DNA of 64,000 nucleotides from Escherichia coli (GTDB lineage Bacteria; Pseudomonadota; Gammaproteobacteria; Enterobacterales; Enterobacteriaceae): NCBI RefSeq assembly GCF_011045215.1, contig NZ_CP049201.1; one strand, 5' to 3'. Shown piece by piece: positions 50,089 to 59,763 of this stretch (position 1 is its first letter; each line of letters starts with the position of its first letter). The notes under the pieces were generated by a model. It saw only the letters and a program-made list of their open reading frames with translations, ran no database searches and was not told where the DNA came from. The position numbers and the translations under genes were made by a program.

Positions 50089-52785
50089 GTGAATAACATG
50101 GAAAATTCGGCAGCTCTGTTACGTCGTCTTAATCATTACTGTGCCCGTGCACTGGAAGGCGCAGCCTCCCTTTGCCAGACCCGGGCCCATGCAGAAATCA
50201 CCCCGGAGCACTGGTTACTGAAACTGCTGGAGCAGGGGGAAGGAGACCTTACCGTGCTGGGCCGGCGTTATGGCTGGGATATGGACGCGATATGGCAGTC
50301 GCTGCTCGGCTGGCTGGATAACCAGCCCCGTAGCGTACGCAGTCGCCCGCAGCTTGCGCCGTCCCTGAATGCCCTGCTGAAACAGGCCTGGATGGTGGCC
50401 TCATTACAGGGGGAAGAACATATCCGCAGCGTGCATCTGCTGGGTGCCCTGACGGAACATCCGCACCTGGTTCGCTGTGACGGGCTGTGGCCCCTGCTGA
50501 CACTGAGTCAGAGTCAGTTGCAGCGTCTGTCCCCGCTGCTGGATGCGCAGTCTGATGAGTGTCCGGAGAGATTACAGGATGCAGAGCCTGTGCTGCCTCA
50601 GGGAGACAATGTGACCTTTATCGGGCGCCCCGTCGGTGCGGATACGGCGGGTATACCGTCAGGTGACCTGCCGCCTGTGTTACAGAGTGCGCTGGATAAA
50701 TTCACCCGGGACATCACGGCCAGTGCGAGAGAGGGTAAAATTGACCCGGTATCGGGGCGCGATACGGAAATCCGCCAGATGGTGGATATTCTCTCCCGCC
50801 GCCGCAAGAATAACCCGATTCTGGTGGGGGACCCCGGTGTGGGGAAAACGGCTCTGGTGGAAGGGCTCGCCCTGCGTATTGTGGAAGGTAACGTACCGGA
50901 ATCACTCAGACCCGTCACCCTGCGCACCCTTGACCTCGGCCTGCTGCAGGCCGGTGCCGGCGTGAAGGGGGAATTTGAACAGCGCCTGAAAAACGTGATT
51001 GATGCCGTGCAGCAGTCACCGGCTCCTGTTCTGTTGTTTATAGATGAAGCCCATACCCTTATCGGGGCCGGTAATCAGGCTGGCGGCGCGGATGCGGCGA
51101 ACCTGCTGAAGCCTGCGCTGGCGCGGGGTGAACTGCGCACCATTGCCGCCACCACCTGGTCTGAGTACAAACAATACCTGGAACGTGACGCGGCCCTGGA
51201 GCGGCGTTTTCAGATGGTCAGAGTGGACGAGCCGGATGATGAGACGGCCTGTCTGATGCTACGCTCCCTGAAATCCCGTTATGCGGAACATCATAACGTG
51301 CATATCACCGATGAGGCGGTACGTGCTGCCGTCACACTGTCGCGCCGTTATCTGACAGAACGTCAGTTACCGGACAAGGCCGTTGACCTGCTTGATACCG
51401 CTGCTGCCCGTGTGCGTATGAGCCTCGACACGGTGCCGGAACAGCTGACCCGTATCCGTTCACAGCTCGCCTCCCTCGGTATGGAAAAACAGGCACTGCT
51501 GGAAGATATTGCCGTTGGTCATCAGAATCACGGCGAACGCCTGTCTGCCATTGAGCAGGAAGAGAATGTGCTGATGACAGCACGTGATGACCTGGAGCAG
51601 CAGTACGCCCGGGAGTGCGAACTCACCGGTGAGTTACTTGAAAGCCGCAGCGATATTTCCCGCCAGAGTGAGACACATCACCTGCAGCAGGCACTGCACG
51701 ACATTCAGCAGAATCAGCCCCTGCTCAGTGTGGATGTTGATGTACGCACCGTGGCCGGTGTGGTCGCGGACTGGACCGGGGTGCCGTTATCCTCACTGAT
51801 GAAGGACGAACAGACGGAACTGCTGCATCTGGAAAAGGATATCGGCAGACGGGTGGTCGGACAGGACGTGGCACTGGAATCCATTGCACAGCGTCTGCGT
51901 GCGGCGAAAACGGGTCTGACATCCGGTAACGGCCCCCAGGGGGTGTTCCTGCTGGTTGGCCCCAGTGGTGTGGGAAAAACTGAAACGGCACTGGCACTGG
52001 CAGACGCGATGTACGGCGGCGAAAAATCACTGATTACCATCAATCTGTCGGAATATCAGGAGCCCCATACGGTTTCCCAGCTTAAGGGCTCACCGCCCGG
52101 GTACGTGGGATACGGTCAGGGGGGGATTCTGACGGAGGCTGTGCGTAAACGCCCTTACAGCGTGGTGCTGCTGGATGAAGTGGAAAAGGCCCACCGGGAT
52201 GTGCTGAATCTGTTTTATCAGGTATTTGACCGGGGCTTTATGCGCGACGGCGAGGGGCGTGAAATTGACTTCCGTAATACGGTCATACTGATGACCTCCA
52301 ACCTGGGCAGTGACCTTCTGATGCAGCAACTGAGCGAAAAGCCGGAGACAACGGAATCGGAGCTGCATGAGCTTATCCGTCCACTGCTGCGCGACCACTT
52401 CCAGCCTGCCCTGCTGGCTCGCTTTCAGACCGTGATTTACCGTCCGCTGACACAGTCTGCCATGCGCATCATTGTGGAGATGAAGCTTGCACAGGTCTGT
52501 GAACGCCTGCACTGCCATTATGGACTGAGTACATCGGTTGATGAACGTGTGTACGATGCCCTGACATCAGCCTGCCTGCTGCCGGATACGGGCGCCCGGA
52601 ATGTGGAGAGTCTGCTGAACCAGCAACTGCTGCCGGTACTGAGCCGGCAGTTGCTCAGCTATCTTGCTGCCAGACAGCATCCGACGTACCTGTCTCTGAC
52701 GTGGAATGATGAGGATGGTATTGTGATAGCGTTTGATGGAATCAATAGCGATTATCCGCAGGAAAGCATATATGGACAGTGCTAA
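50089..52785 (+). CDS. clpV: ClpV (TssH) AAA+ ATPase
   Basis: 898 aa; two Walker A motifs (GDPGVGKT, GPSGVGKT), Clp-N domain. Confidence 0.95.
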   Translation: MNNMENSAALLRRLNHYCARALEGAASLCQTRAHAEITPEHWLLKLLEQGEGDLTVLGRRYGWDMDAIWQSLLGWLDNQPRSVRSRPQLAPSLNALLKQAWMVASLQGEEHIRSVHLLGALTEHPHLVRCDGLWPLLTLSQSQLQRLSPLLDAQSDECPERLQDAEPVLPQGDNVTFIGRPVGADTAGIPSGDLPPVLQSALDKFTRDITASAREGKIDPVSGRDTEIRQMVDILSRRRKNNPILVGDPGVGKTALVEGLALRIVEGNVPESLRPVTLRTLDLGLLQAGAGVKGEFEQRLKNVIDAVQQSPAPVLLFIDEAHTLIGAGNQAGGADAANLLKPALARGELRTIAATTWSEYKQYLERDAALERRFQMVRVDEPDDETACLMLRSLKSRYAEHHNVHITDEAVRAAVTLSRRYLTERQLPDKAVDLLDTAAARVRMSLDTVPEQLTRIRSQLASLGMEKQALLEDIAVGHQNHGERLSAIEQEENVLMTARDDLEQQYARECELTGELLESRSDISRQSETHHLQQALHDIQQNQPLLSVDVDVRTVAGVVADWTGVPLSSLMKDEQTELLHLEKDIGRRVVGQDVALESIAQRLRAAKTGLTSGNGPQGVFLLVGPSGVGKTETALALADAMYGGEKSLITINLSEYQEPHTVSQLKGSPPGYVGYGQGGILTEAVRKRPYSVVLLDEVEKAHRDVLNLFYQVFDRGFMRDGEGREIDFRNTVILMTSNLGSDLLMQQLSEKPETTESELHELIRPLLRDHFQPALLARFQTVIYRPLTQSAMRIIVEMKLAQVCERLHCHYGLSTSVDERVYDALTSACLLPDTGARNVESLLNQQLLPVLSRQLLSYLAARQHPTYLSLTWNDEDGIVIAFDGINSDYPQESIYGQC

Positions 52786-53413
52786 AGAAATTGCCCGGGA
52801 TATGCTGGAGTCCGTAAATATTAATGGGGATGGGTTTCTGGGGGCCGTCGGGAAGGGGCTCATATCTTTGCCAGTCAGTCTCGGTTATATGGGATATGAT
52901 TTTACAGATACCGGGCATAGGCGGGAAAACCAGAATGACAAATTCAGAATGGCCAGACTGGTAGAAAAAGGCATTTTCAGCCGTGATATTATTGGGAAAA
53001 TTATCAGTATTTGTCTTGAAGACTTTGTATCCCGGATCAATATGGAAAAAATAGGCTCCATTGTGAAGAACGTTTCAGGAGATCTGGCAGGTAGAATGGC
53101 ATTTGCTGAATTGACCGGGGTTAAACTGGGAGAGGCTCTGGTATCCAGAGGGCTGGCTGCTTTTTTTGCAGGGAGTTTTGCCGGGTTGTTATTATCTGTT
53201 GGCGCAGAGACATCGCGTGCGATTTACACATCCCGTTTTCTGAAAGACAGAAATCCGGTGTTGCATGATAAGCTGAAAGCTCAGGGGGATTTGGATCTTT
53301 TGTACTTCCTTGTTGAAGATATTGTGCGCCCGTTTGAACGAGCCTGTATTGTCGCAGACCGAAATTCGGCTGAGTTTGACCGGATATGCGAATATTTTTT
53401 CGGTGGTTTATGA
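52772..53413 (+). CDS. Hypothetical T6SS-associated protein with glycine-zipper-like hydrophobic segments (candidate membrane-targeting effector)
   Basis: ORF 52733..53413; preferred start Met 52772; no signal peptide; segments GDGFLGAVGKGLISLPVSLGYMGY and GEALVSRGLAAFFAGSFAGLLLSVG. Confidence 0.45.
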   Translation: MDSAKEIARDMLESVNINGDGFLGAVGKGLISLPVSLGYMGYDFTDTGHRRENQNDKFRMARLVEKGIFSRDIIGKIISICLEDFVSRINMEKIGSIVKNVSGDLAGRMAFAELTGVKLGEALVSRGLAAFFAGSFAGLLLSVGAETSRAIYTSRFLKDRNPVLHDKLKAQGDLDLLYFLVEDIVRPFERACIVADRNSAEFDRICEYFFGGL

Positions 53414-53637
53414 AGATAAAAAGAACATTACTTATAATGCTTTCCCGATTTATCCGTGGCGCAGGTATGGGGTTAGGTGCGTCGGGTATTGTATTTACAG
53501 TCTGGTTCTTTTTTCTCTCATCTTCTGAATTTAAATATCTGTGGGGAGGGCTCTCTGTTGCGTTATTTTTTGTCGGTTATCTGATGTATCGATTTGCATA
53601 TGCATATATTTACGATGAATGGGATGATTATCAGTAA
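53410..53637 (+). CDS. Small two-TM membrane protein (candidate immunity protein)
   Basis: ORF 53386..53637; start Met 53410 in ATGA overlap with upstream stop; two hydrophobic helices. Confidence 0.45.
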   Translation: MKIKRTLLIMLSRFIRGAGMGLGASGIVFTVWFFFLSSSEFKYLWGGLSVALFFVGYLMYRFAYAYIYDEWDDYQ

Positions 53638-53715
53638 TTCTCTCTGAAAATAAAGCTTAACGGTCATCATTATATAATTGCAGTTCAATACCGGTACAGA
53701 CATGGAGTTAACAAT

Positions 53716-56238
53716 ATGAGTCTGACAGATACACTTTCAAAAACTATCTCTGTTTCCCTGAATCGTTACCATTTAATTATTCCCTCCTGCCCGTCACCAC
53801 TGGATGTTGAGCATTTCAGCGGCAGGGAGGAGATGAGTCAGACCTATTATTACATCATCAATTTTACCAGTACTGACAACGACCTGGATGCCGGGCTGCT
53901 GCTGCGTAAATCAGCCACATTTACAATGGGTACGGGAGGGCTTAAGGAGCAGGTGAGCCAGAAAGTAGTACATGGTGTCATTACAGATTTTCGCCGTATA
54001 TCGGGCTCCGCCGACCAGGCAAAATACCAGGTGATACTGGAACCATTTATTAAACTACTGGACAGGCAGCATCGTTCTCACCGATTTTTCGTTAACAAAT
54101 CGGTGCCGGAGGTGGTGACAGAGGTTCTCCAGGAGCACGGTCTGAAAGGCTGGGAGTTTGAGTTCCGTCTCAAAAAAACGTATCCGAAGCGTGAACAGAT
54201 TAACCAGTATCAGGAAAGTGACCTGCAATTTATTCAGCGTTTGCTGGCTGAAGTGGGGATTTTTTATTTTTTCACCCTGCAACCGGACACGCAGACGGAA
54301 GTGGTGCATTTTGGTGACAGCCAGGCAGCGCTGACGTTTGATAAGACGCTGGCGATAAACAGTCCGTCCGGAATGAATGATAACAGAGCGGATTCAGTGT
54401 GGGGGCTGAATGTGACGCACAATGTGGCAGAGGCTAGTGTCACCACAAAGGCTTATAACCATCGTGAAGCACAATATCTGTTGCAGTCCGCCCCGGCAGA
54501 CATGACGCATGGTGATGGTGACGGAATTAACTATGGTGAGGTGTACCACTACCATTTCCGTCATCTGGAACGGGGGGATAAAATCGACCCGGTGCCGGAG
54601 ACGGCCAATTTTTATGCCCGCCTTGGTCATGAACGCTATCTGGCGGAGCAGGTACGGATAACCGGTAACAGTACAGACGCCACGCTGGCACCTGCTCAGG
54701 TTCTGACTATCACCGACAGTCTTCCGCCGACGTTGCCTGCGCTGCTGCGCAATCCGGTGTTGCTTACCTGTGTCGGTTTTTCTGCAAGTCGCAAGGATGC
54801 CCTGCAGGTTGTACTGAAGGGCGTTCCTTACAGTGAAGTTATCTGCTGGCGTCCTCCTTTACTGCCCCGTCCGAAAGTTACCGGTACCATGACGGCCCGT
54901 GTGACCAGTGCAAAAGAAGGGGATATCTACGCCTGGCAGGATGCATCAGGTATGTACCGGGTGAAATTTGATGCTGACCGTGATGATAAAAATCCAGGAC
55001 AGGAAAGTATGCCGGTACGTCTGGCCAAACCCTACAGTGGTGATGCTTATGGTTTTCATTTTCCGCTGATTCAGGGAACGGAAGTGGCCATTGCTTTTGA
55101 GGAAGGTGATCCGGATCGTCCCTATATTGCGCATGCCCTGCATGATTCACGTCATGTTGATCACGTTACCGATAAGAACGGTACGCGCAATGTTATCCGT
55201 ACGCCAGCAAATAACAAATTGCGAATGGAGGATAAGCGCGGCGAGGAGCATATCAAGCTCAGTACCGAGTATGGCGGTAAGACACAACTTAATCTTGGCC
55301 ATAACGTTGATGAGGAGCGGGTGGTTAGAGGAGAAGGTGCAGAGTTGCGCACTGATGATTGGGTGGCAATTCGGGGGGGGAAAGGGATTTTATTAAGTGC
55401 CGACGCTCAACCAAATGCTGATGGTGTAATGCTTGATATGCATAAAGCTATACAGCAGTTGGAACATGCTCTTGCTCTTGCAAAAAGCCTCGGCAAAGCA
55501 GCTGAGACAGCAAAAGCAACTTCGGCAGATTCAGATAGCCAGTCTATTTTGAAAAGTGCGCTGTCCGGGTTGCAAAAACCAGGGATATTAGCACATTCAC
55601 CTATGGGAATTGGTGTGGTAACTCCAGAAGCAGTACGGATTGCTTCTGGAAATCAGAGTGTAGGAATAGTTTCTGGTCGTAATACGGATATTACTGCAGC
55701 TCAGTCAGTAACTGTTGCGGCATCGAATTCTGTCAGCCTATTTGCGCAAAGTGCGGGGATGCAACTTTTTGCAGGGCAGGGCAAAGTGGATGTGCAGGCT
55801 CAGGGAGATGCGCTGAATCTCCAGGCACTAAAGGACGTCACAGTTACTAGTAATCGTGGTAGTGTAACGTTAAGCGCTAGTAAGGAGTTAACTCTTGTTT
55901 GTAATGGTGCTTACATCAAGATCAGTGGCGGAAATATCGAACTTGGATGTCCAGGTAATATTCTGCTTAAATCTGCGAATGTGCAAAAAATGAGAGCGGC
56001 AAACTTAAATCTATCTCCTCAGGTGTTGCCTAAAGGATTCAAGGGAGGATTTACAATAACTAATCAGGATACGGGGGAAGTGATGCCGTACATCCTTTAT
56101 AAGATAACTACCGCAGAAGGTGATGTTTATTCAGGTACAACAGATAAACTTGGCAATACCATGCCAATTTATACAGCGTCGCCATCATTAATGAAAATTG
56201 AGTTTCCTCTAAGCAGTGAACAAGGAGGGGCATTATGA
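53716..56238 (+). CDS. vgrG: VgrG (TssI) spike protein with C-terminal extension
   Basis: 840 aa; gp27/gp5-like core plus ~150 residue C-terminal tail. Confidence 0.95.
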   Translation: MSLTDTLSKTISVSLNRYHLIIPSCPSPLDVEHFSGREEMSQTYYYIINFTSTDNDLDAGLLLRKSATFTMGTGGLKEQVSQKVVHGVITDFRRISGSADQAKYQVILEPFIKLLDRQHRSHRFFVNKSVPEVVTEVLQEHGLKGWEFEFRLKKTYPKREQINQYQESDLQFIQRLLAEVGIFYFFTLQPDTQTEVVHFGDSQAALTFDKTLAINSPSGMNDNRADSVWGLNVTHNVAEASVTTKAYNHREAQYLLQSAPADMTHGDGDGINYGEVYHYHFRHLERGDKIDPVPETANFYARLGHERYLAEQVRITGNSTDATLAPAQVLTITDSLPPTLPALLRNPVLLTCVGFSASRKDALQVVLKGVPYSEVICWRPPLLPRPKVTGTMTARVTSAKEGDIYAWQDASGMYRVKFDADRDDKNPGQESMPVRLAKPYSGDAYGFHFPLIQGTEVAIAFEEGDPDRPYIAHALHDSRHVDHVTDKNGTRNVIRTPANNKLRMEDKRGEEHIKLSTEYGGKTQLNLGHNVDEERVVRGEGAELRTDDWVAIRGGKGILLSADAQPNADGVMLDMHKAIQQLEHALALAKSLGKAAETAKATSADSDSQSILKSALSGLQKPGILAHSPMGIGVVTPEAVRIASGNQSVGIVSGRNTDITAAQSVTVAASNSVSLFAQSAGMQLFAGQGKVDVQAQGDALNLQALKDVTVTSNRGSVTLSASKELTLVCNGAYIKISGGNIELGCPGNILLKSANVQKMRAANLNLSPQVLPKGFKGGFTITNQDTGEVMPYILYKITTAEGDVYSGTTDKLGNTMPIYTASPSLMKIEFPLSSEQGGAL

Positions 56239-58145
56239 GTGAGTCAAAAACATCTGCTGTAGGAACATTCAGTAAAGCCCATGCTCCTGCGCAAAAGAAA
56301 TGCTGGATTGAAATTCAGCTGGTTGATGAGAATGATAACGCTGTAGCTAATATGCCATGGCGAGGGGAGAATGAAGCTACTCGTGATAAAGTTATTGAGC
56401 CTTATAGCGGAGTTACTGATTTAGATGGTATTTTGAGGATCGATGATTTGCTTCACCCAGATCTTACTCTTTTTGTTGAAGCTCAACCACTTGTTGACGA
56501 AATGGAGCATAGACCTTTAAGTATAGAGAGAACATGTTCCTATTCGATGAAAAATTCACCAGTAACTGTTGATAAGCGGACCAATAATATTTGTTATTAT
56601 GTAGTTGTCGGTCAATTGTGCGATAAAGCTCCAAGTATACCTGGTTGGAATAGTAAAGAATTACCTGCCTTTCATTTTCCCGATCGTGATTTTTCAGGAC
56701 TAACTATTTCAAATGCGTACTTTAATTCGAGAGTTATAGTAAAAGTATGTCCATTTAGAGCATGGAATTTACTTCTTCATCATGCAAAGGATTACTCTAT
56801 TGTAAATGCGTTTAATTTGGGGCTTTTAGCTGAATTTGTTTATTCTGACAAAGAAAAAATCCTGTCCTTTTTTAATGAGCAGTGTCAAGATTTATCTAAA
56901 GTTCCTAGTATGCTCTATGAAACCATTTCTGTTGATGTGCCGTTTAGAGAACGTTATGTAAATCCAGTATTTCTTGATACTACAGAAGGTGATTTTGGAG
57001 AAGGGGGGACCCAGCTTTTCTTCGTCAGCAATTTGACTAAGCTATTAGTCGGCTGGAGAGGTACTGAGCCAGATAAACTAGCAGATCTTATTACTGATGG
57101 GGCATTTAGGCCGGTGCCATGTCCAGATATAGTGCCATCAGGTCATTGTCACAAAGGTTTTTTAGATGCATTTAATTTAGTTGGAAAAAAATTCAGGGAC
57201 CAACTCAAACAAATTCAGAGTTTGTCGAGTGGCCGTGAATTATTTATTGCAGGACATAGCTTAGGCGGTGCATTAGCTCTAATTCATGCTGCTGTGTTGC
57301 GTGATTATCAACCAATAATCTATACATATGGAATGCCGCGAGTATTTACGGCATCGGCTATTAATAAAATTAAAAATATTTCTCACTATAGACACGTTAA
57401 TGATTCAGATTCAGTAACAAGCATTCCACCGGAGTTAGAGTTAGATAATAAACTCTATGATCTTTGGGGACCTTACGGTGTTGTCTATGGATTTGTTGGT
57501 TCTGTTTTGGCTATGGGAATTCAAGGCGCAGGAATAAAGTTTGGTGATCCTTATTGGCACCATGGTAGCACTGTCTGCTTTTTTAAGGTTGAGCAGTCTA
57601 TTGTTAAGCGTTTAAAAAGAATTATGCCGCTTATAGGCATGGATGTTAAAAAACCATATATATCAATAAGGGAGATCTCATTTGACAAATGTAAGCTATA
57701 TCTTGTTCCAGATCTTAATGAGAAAATGTTTTGCGCTACAGCAGAGGAGCAAAATAATTTTGTGAAAAGTTTGTCCCCTGAAAGTTTAAGATGCTATTTT
57801 CCTAAAAATAGTAATCCAGAACTTGATTCTTGGACAAATCCAATAAATCATTCCATGTCAAACAAATACATGCCTTTTATTAATAATGAGCTGATTGAGC
57901 TAACAGATCCTGAGCGACCAATGGAAAGAAAACTGAATAGGAAAAAATTTTCAATTGCTGTTGATAATGCAGCGAAGTTAACAGAAAGCACTTCGAAGCA
58001 TGAGCTGGAAAGAAATAAGAACTTTTTATTGTTGCAAGATATGTTGCCAAAAACATTAGAAATATCAAAGTCAGAAAATAACTGGGTGAATGCATTGATT
58101 AGATTTAAAAATAGTGCAAAGGAAGAGTATGAGAATATTAATTAA
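56235..58145 (+). CDS. T6SS lipase/phospholipase effector (Tle-type, alpha/beta hydrolase with GHSLGG nucleophile elbow)
   Basis: 636 aa; ATGA overlap with vgrG; ...LFIAGHSLGGALALIHAAVL...; AT-rich. Confidence 0.8.
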   Translation: MSESKTSAVGTFSKAHAPAQKKCWIEIQLVDENDNAVANMPWRGENEATRDKVIEPYSGVTDLDGILRIDDLLHPDLTLFVEAQPLVDEMEHRPLSIERTCSYSMKNSPVTVDKRTNNICYYVVVGQLCDKAPSIPGWNSKELPAFHFPDRDFSGLTISNAYFNSRVIVKVCPFRAWNLLLHHAKDYSIVNAFNLGLLAEFVYSDKEKILSFFNEQCQDLSKVPSMLYETISVDVPFRERYVNPVFLDTTEGDFGEGGTQLFFVSNLTKLLVGWRGTEPDKLADLITDGAFRPVPCPDIVPSGHCHKGFLDAFNLVGKKFRDQLKQIQSLSSGRELFIAGHSLGGALALIHAAVLRDYQPIIYTYGMPRVFTASAINKIKNISHYRHVNDSDSVTSIPPELELDNKLYDLWGPYGVVYGFVGSVLAMGIQGAGIKFGDPYWHHGSTVCFFKVEQSIVKRLKRIMPLIGMDVKKPYISIREISFDKCKLYLVPDLNEKMFCATAEEQNNFVKSLSPESLRCYFPKNSNPELDSWTNPINHSMSNKYMPFINNELIELTDPERPMERKLNRKKFSIAVDNAAKLTESTSKHELERNKNFLLLQDMLPKTLEISKSENNWVNALIRFKNSAKEEYENIN

Positions 58146-58890
58146 GAACATGATGTACATCTTTTCTTTTTTTTTGTTAGGGTGTGATAAAAATGAGTCA
58201 TTGAATCCTCCATCCAATGGTGAAATGGTTTCTGTAATTGCAAAGATGCCAGCGGGCAGTAAAATATTGCCATTGGAAATTATGTATCGTTCAACCACTT
58301 GCTTGAAGAGTCGTAAAGATTCAAATGGAGGTATAGTAAAAGAACCAGGATATTATTTTGTCAAGAAAGAATTCAATTCTGTATCAGACGATAATATATT
58401 TAATCTGAAGATTCCACGTGATGGTGGAGGGCAGTGTAACTGGGAGTTAAGCAACATAACGTTAGGGTTCTATTTAAAAGAACTTCCTTCAGGTAAAGAT
58501 GAAAAGAGTGAGAATATACCAATTAAAGAAATTATTGTGTTTGATGATAATTCACCTCAGCGGCTAAGTGGAACATACGAGATTATTAATGGAGATGTTA
58601 CACTGAAAGAGAATTACTTTCCTTTAATTACAAAGCGCAGGAATAGCAATACCTTATTGGAATATTCCATTGTCAGGTCTTCACCAGATGTGATTTATAA
58701 ATCAACATCGGCAAAAAAAGTTATTTTTGAACCAAGGATTCATTTTTCAAAAGTTTTACGCGCGACAGAACCGACAGGGCAAAAAGTCGGAGTGTATATG
58801 TCGGTGTTGTATCCTGATGGAACTATCGAGAATGGGCCATATTTCCCTAATTACAAAAAACTTCAGTTCCTTGAGAGAGGTAATGATTGA
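58129..58890 (+). CDS. Lipoprotein, putative Tle immunity protein (Tli)
   Basis: ORF 58114..58890; lipobox FFLLGC after signal peptide; directly follows the lipase. Confidence 0.7.
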   Translation: MRILIKNMMYIFSFFLLGCDKNESLNPPSNGEMVSVIAKMPAGSKILPLEIMYRSTTCLKSRKDSNGGIVKEPGYYFVKKEFNSVSDDNIFNLKIPRDGGGQCNWELSNITLGFYLKELPSGKDEKSENIPIKEIIVFDDNSPQRLSGTYEIINGDVTLKENYFPLITKRRNSNTLLEYSIVRSSPDVIYKSTSAKKVIFEPRIHFSKVLRATEPTGQKVGVYMSVLYPDGTIENGPYFPNYKKLQFLERGND

Positions 58891-59493
58891 TTATTTATAA
58901 TTAATTTCTGTATTTTTAGATTGAATGTTTTATGTATCTGTGAATGCGTGGTGTTCCGAATCGGATTTTGCGTTATTATTTCTAATGTCGTAATTAAAGA
59001 GAAAGAGTTTAGCTAAAACGATTGTTTTCATTCTAAACATAGAGTAAATATGAAGTGTTTTTTATCAAGTCTACGAACTCTCAGTATTATGTTTTTTGTG
59101 CCGATTATATTTTTCATCTTTCAGTACGAATGCTGGAGTAAGTGATAGTTTTGATTTGCTTATAATTGGGGGATTGTTTCTCATTATCTTGGTTAGCAAA
59201 TCCATTTATTATAGAAGTAATCAAGATAAATAATTTATTATATTTATAATTGTCCCTGGTGTCATTTTTATTGTTCATTTCTTTCTTAGAAGTTAAAGGC
59301 ATTATTGTGAAGGTTGGGAAGGGAAAATGTTAATAATGTTTTATGGCTTGGGATATTGGATGTGAGAGTCATGCTTCATTTAGCATGATGTTAACTCAAA
59401 ATATCGACATTCATTAGCGTAAAAATTAAAATAATGAATATCTCTGATTAATTGTTGTCTTAATTTATATCGTCTTATAAAGTTGAGGTGTGG

Positions 59494-59760
59494 ATGTCAA
59501 GTAGTTTTGTTTTGCTGGGTGATAAAACAACTCATGGTGGCGAAGTGATCTCAGCTTCTTCAACCATGATTGTCGATGGTAAAAAAGTAGCTCTTGTCGG
59601 AGATATGGTTAGTTGTCCTGTTTCCGGACATGGTACTAATCCTATTGTGGAGGGCTCTCCTGAATGGATATCTGATGGAAGAGCTGTTGTGATTGATGGA
59701 TGTAAATGTCTGTGTGGGTGTAAGGTTATATCCAGTGCACCGGAATGTGCAATAGGATAA
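59494..59760 (+). CDS. PAAR-domain spike-tip protein
   Basis: ORF 59488..59760; ~88 aa; ...GDKTTHGGEVISASSTMIVDGKKVALVGDMVSCPVSGHG... PAAR repeats. Confidence 0.8.
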   Translation: MSSSFVLLGDKTTHGGEVISASSTMIVDGKKVALVGDMVSCPVSGHGTNPIVEGSPEWISDGRAVVIDGCKCLCGCKVISSAPECAIG

Positions 59761-59763
59761 AAC

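Noticed and set aside
59114-59302. 62-aa minus-strand ORF in the AT-rich spacer
   Set aside because: Asn/Lys-rich low-complexity translation of AT-rich DNA; likely non-coding
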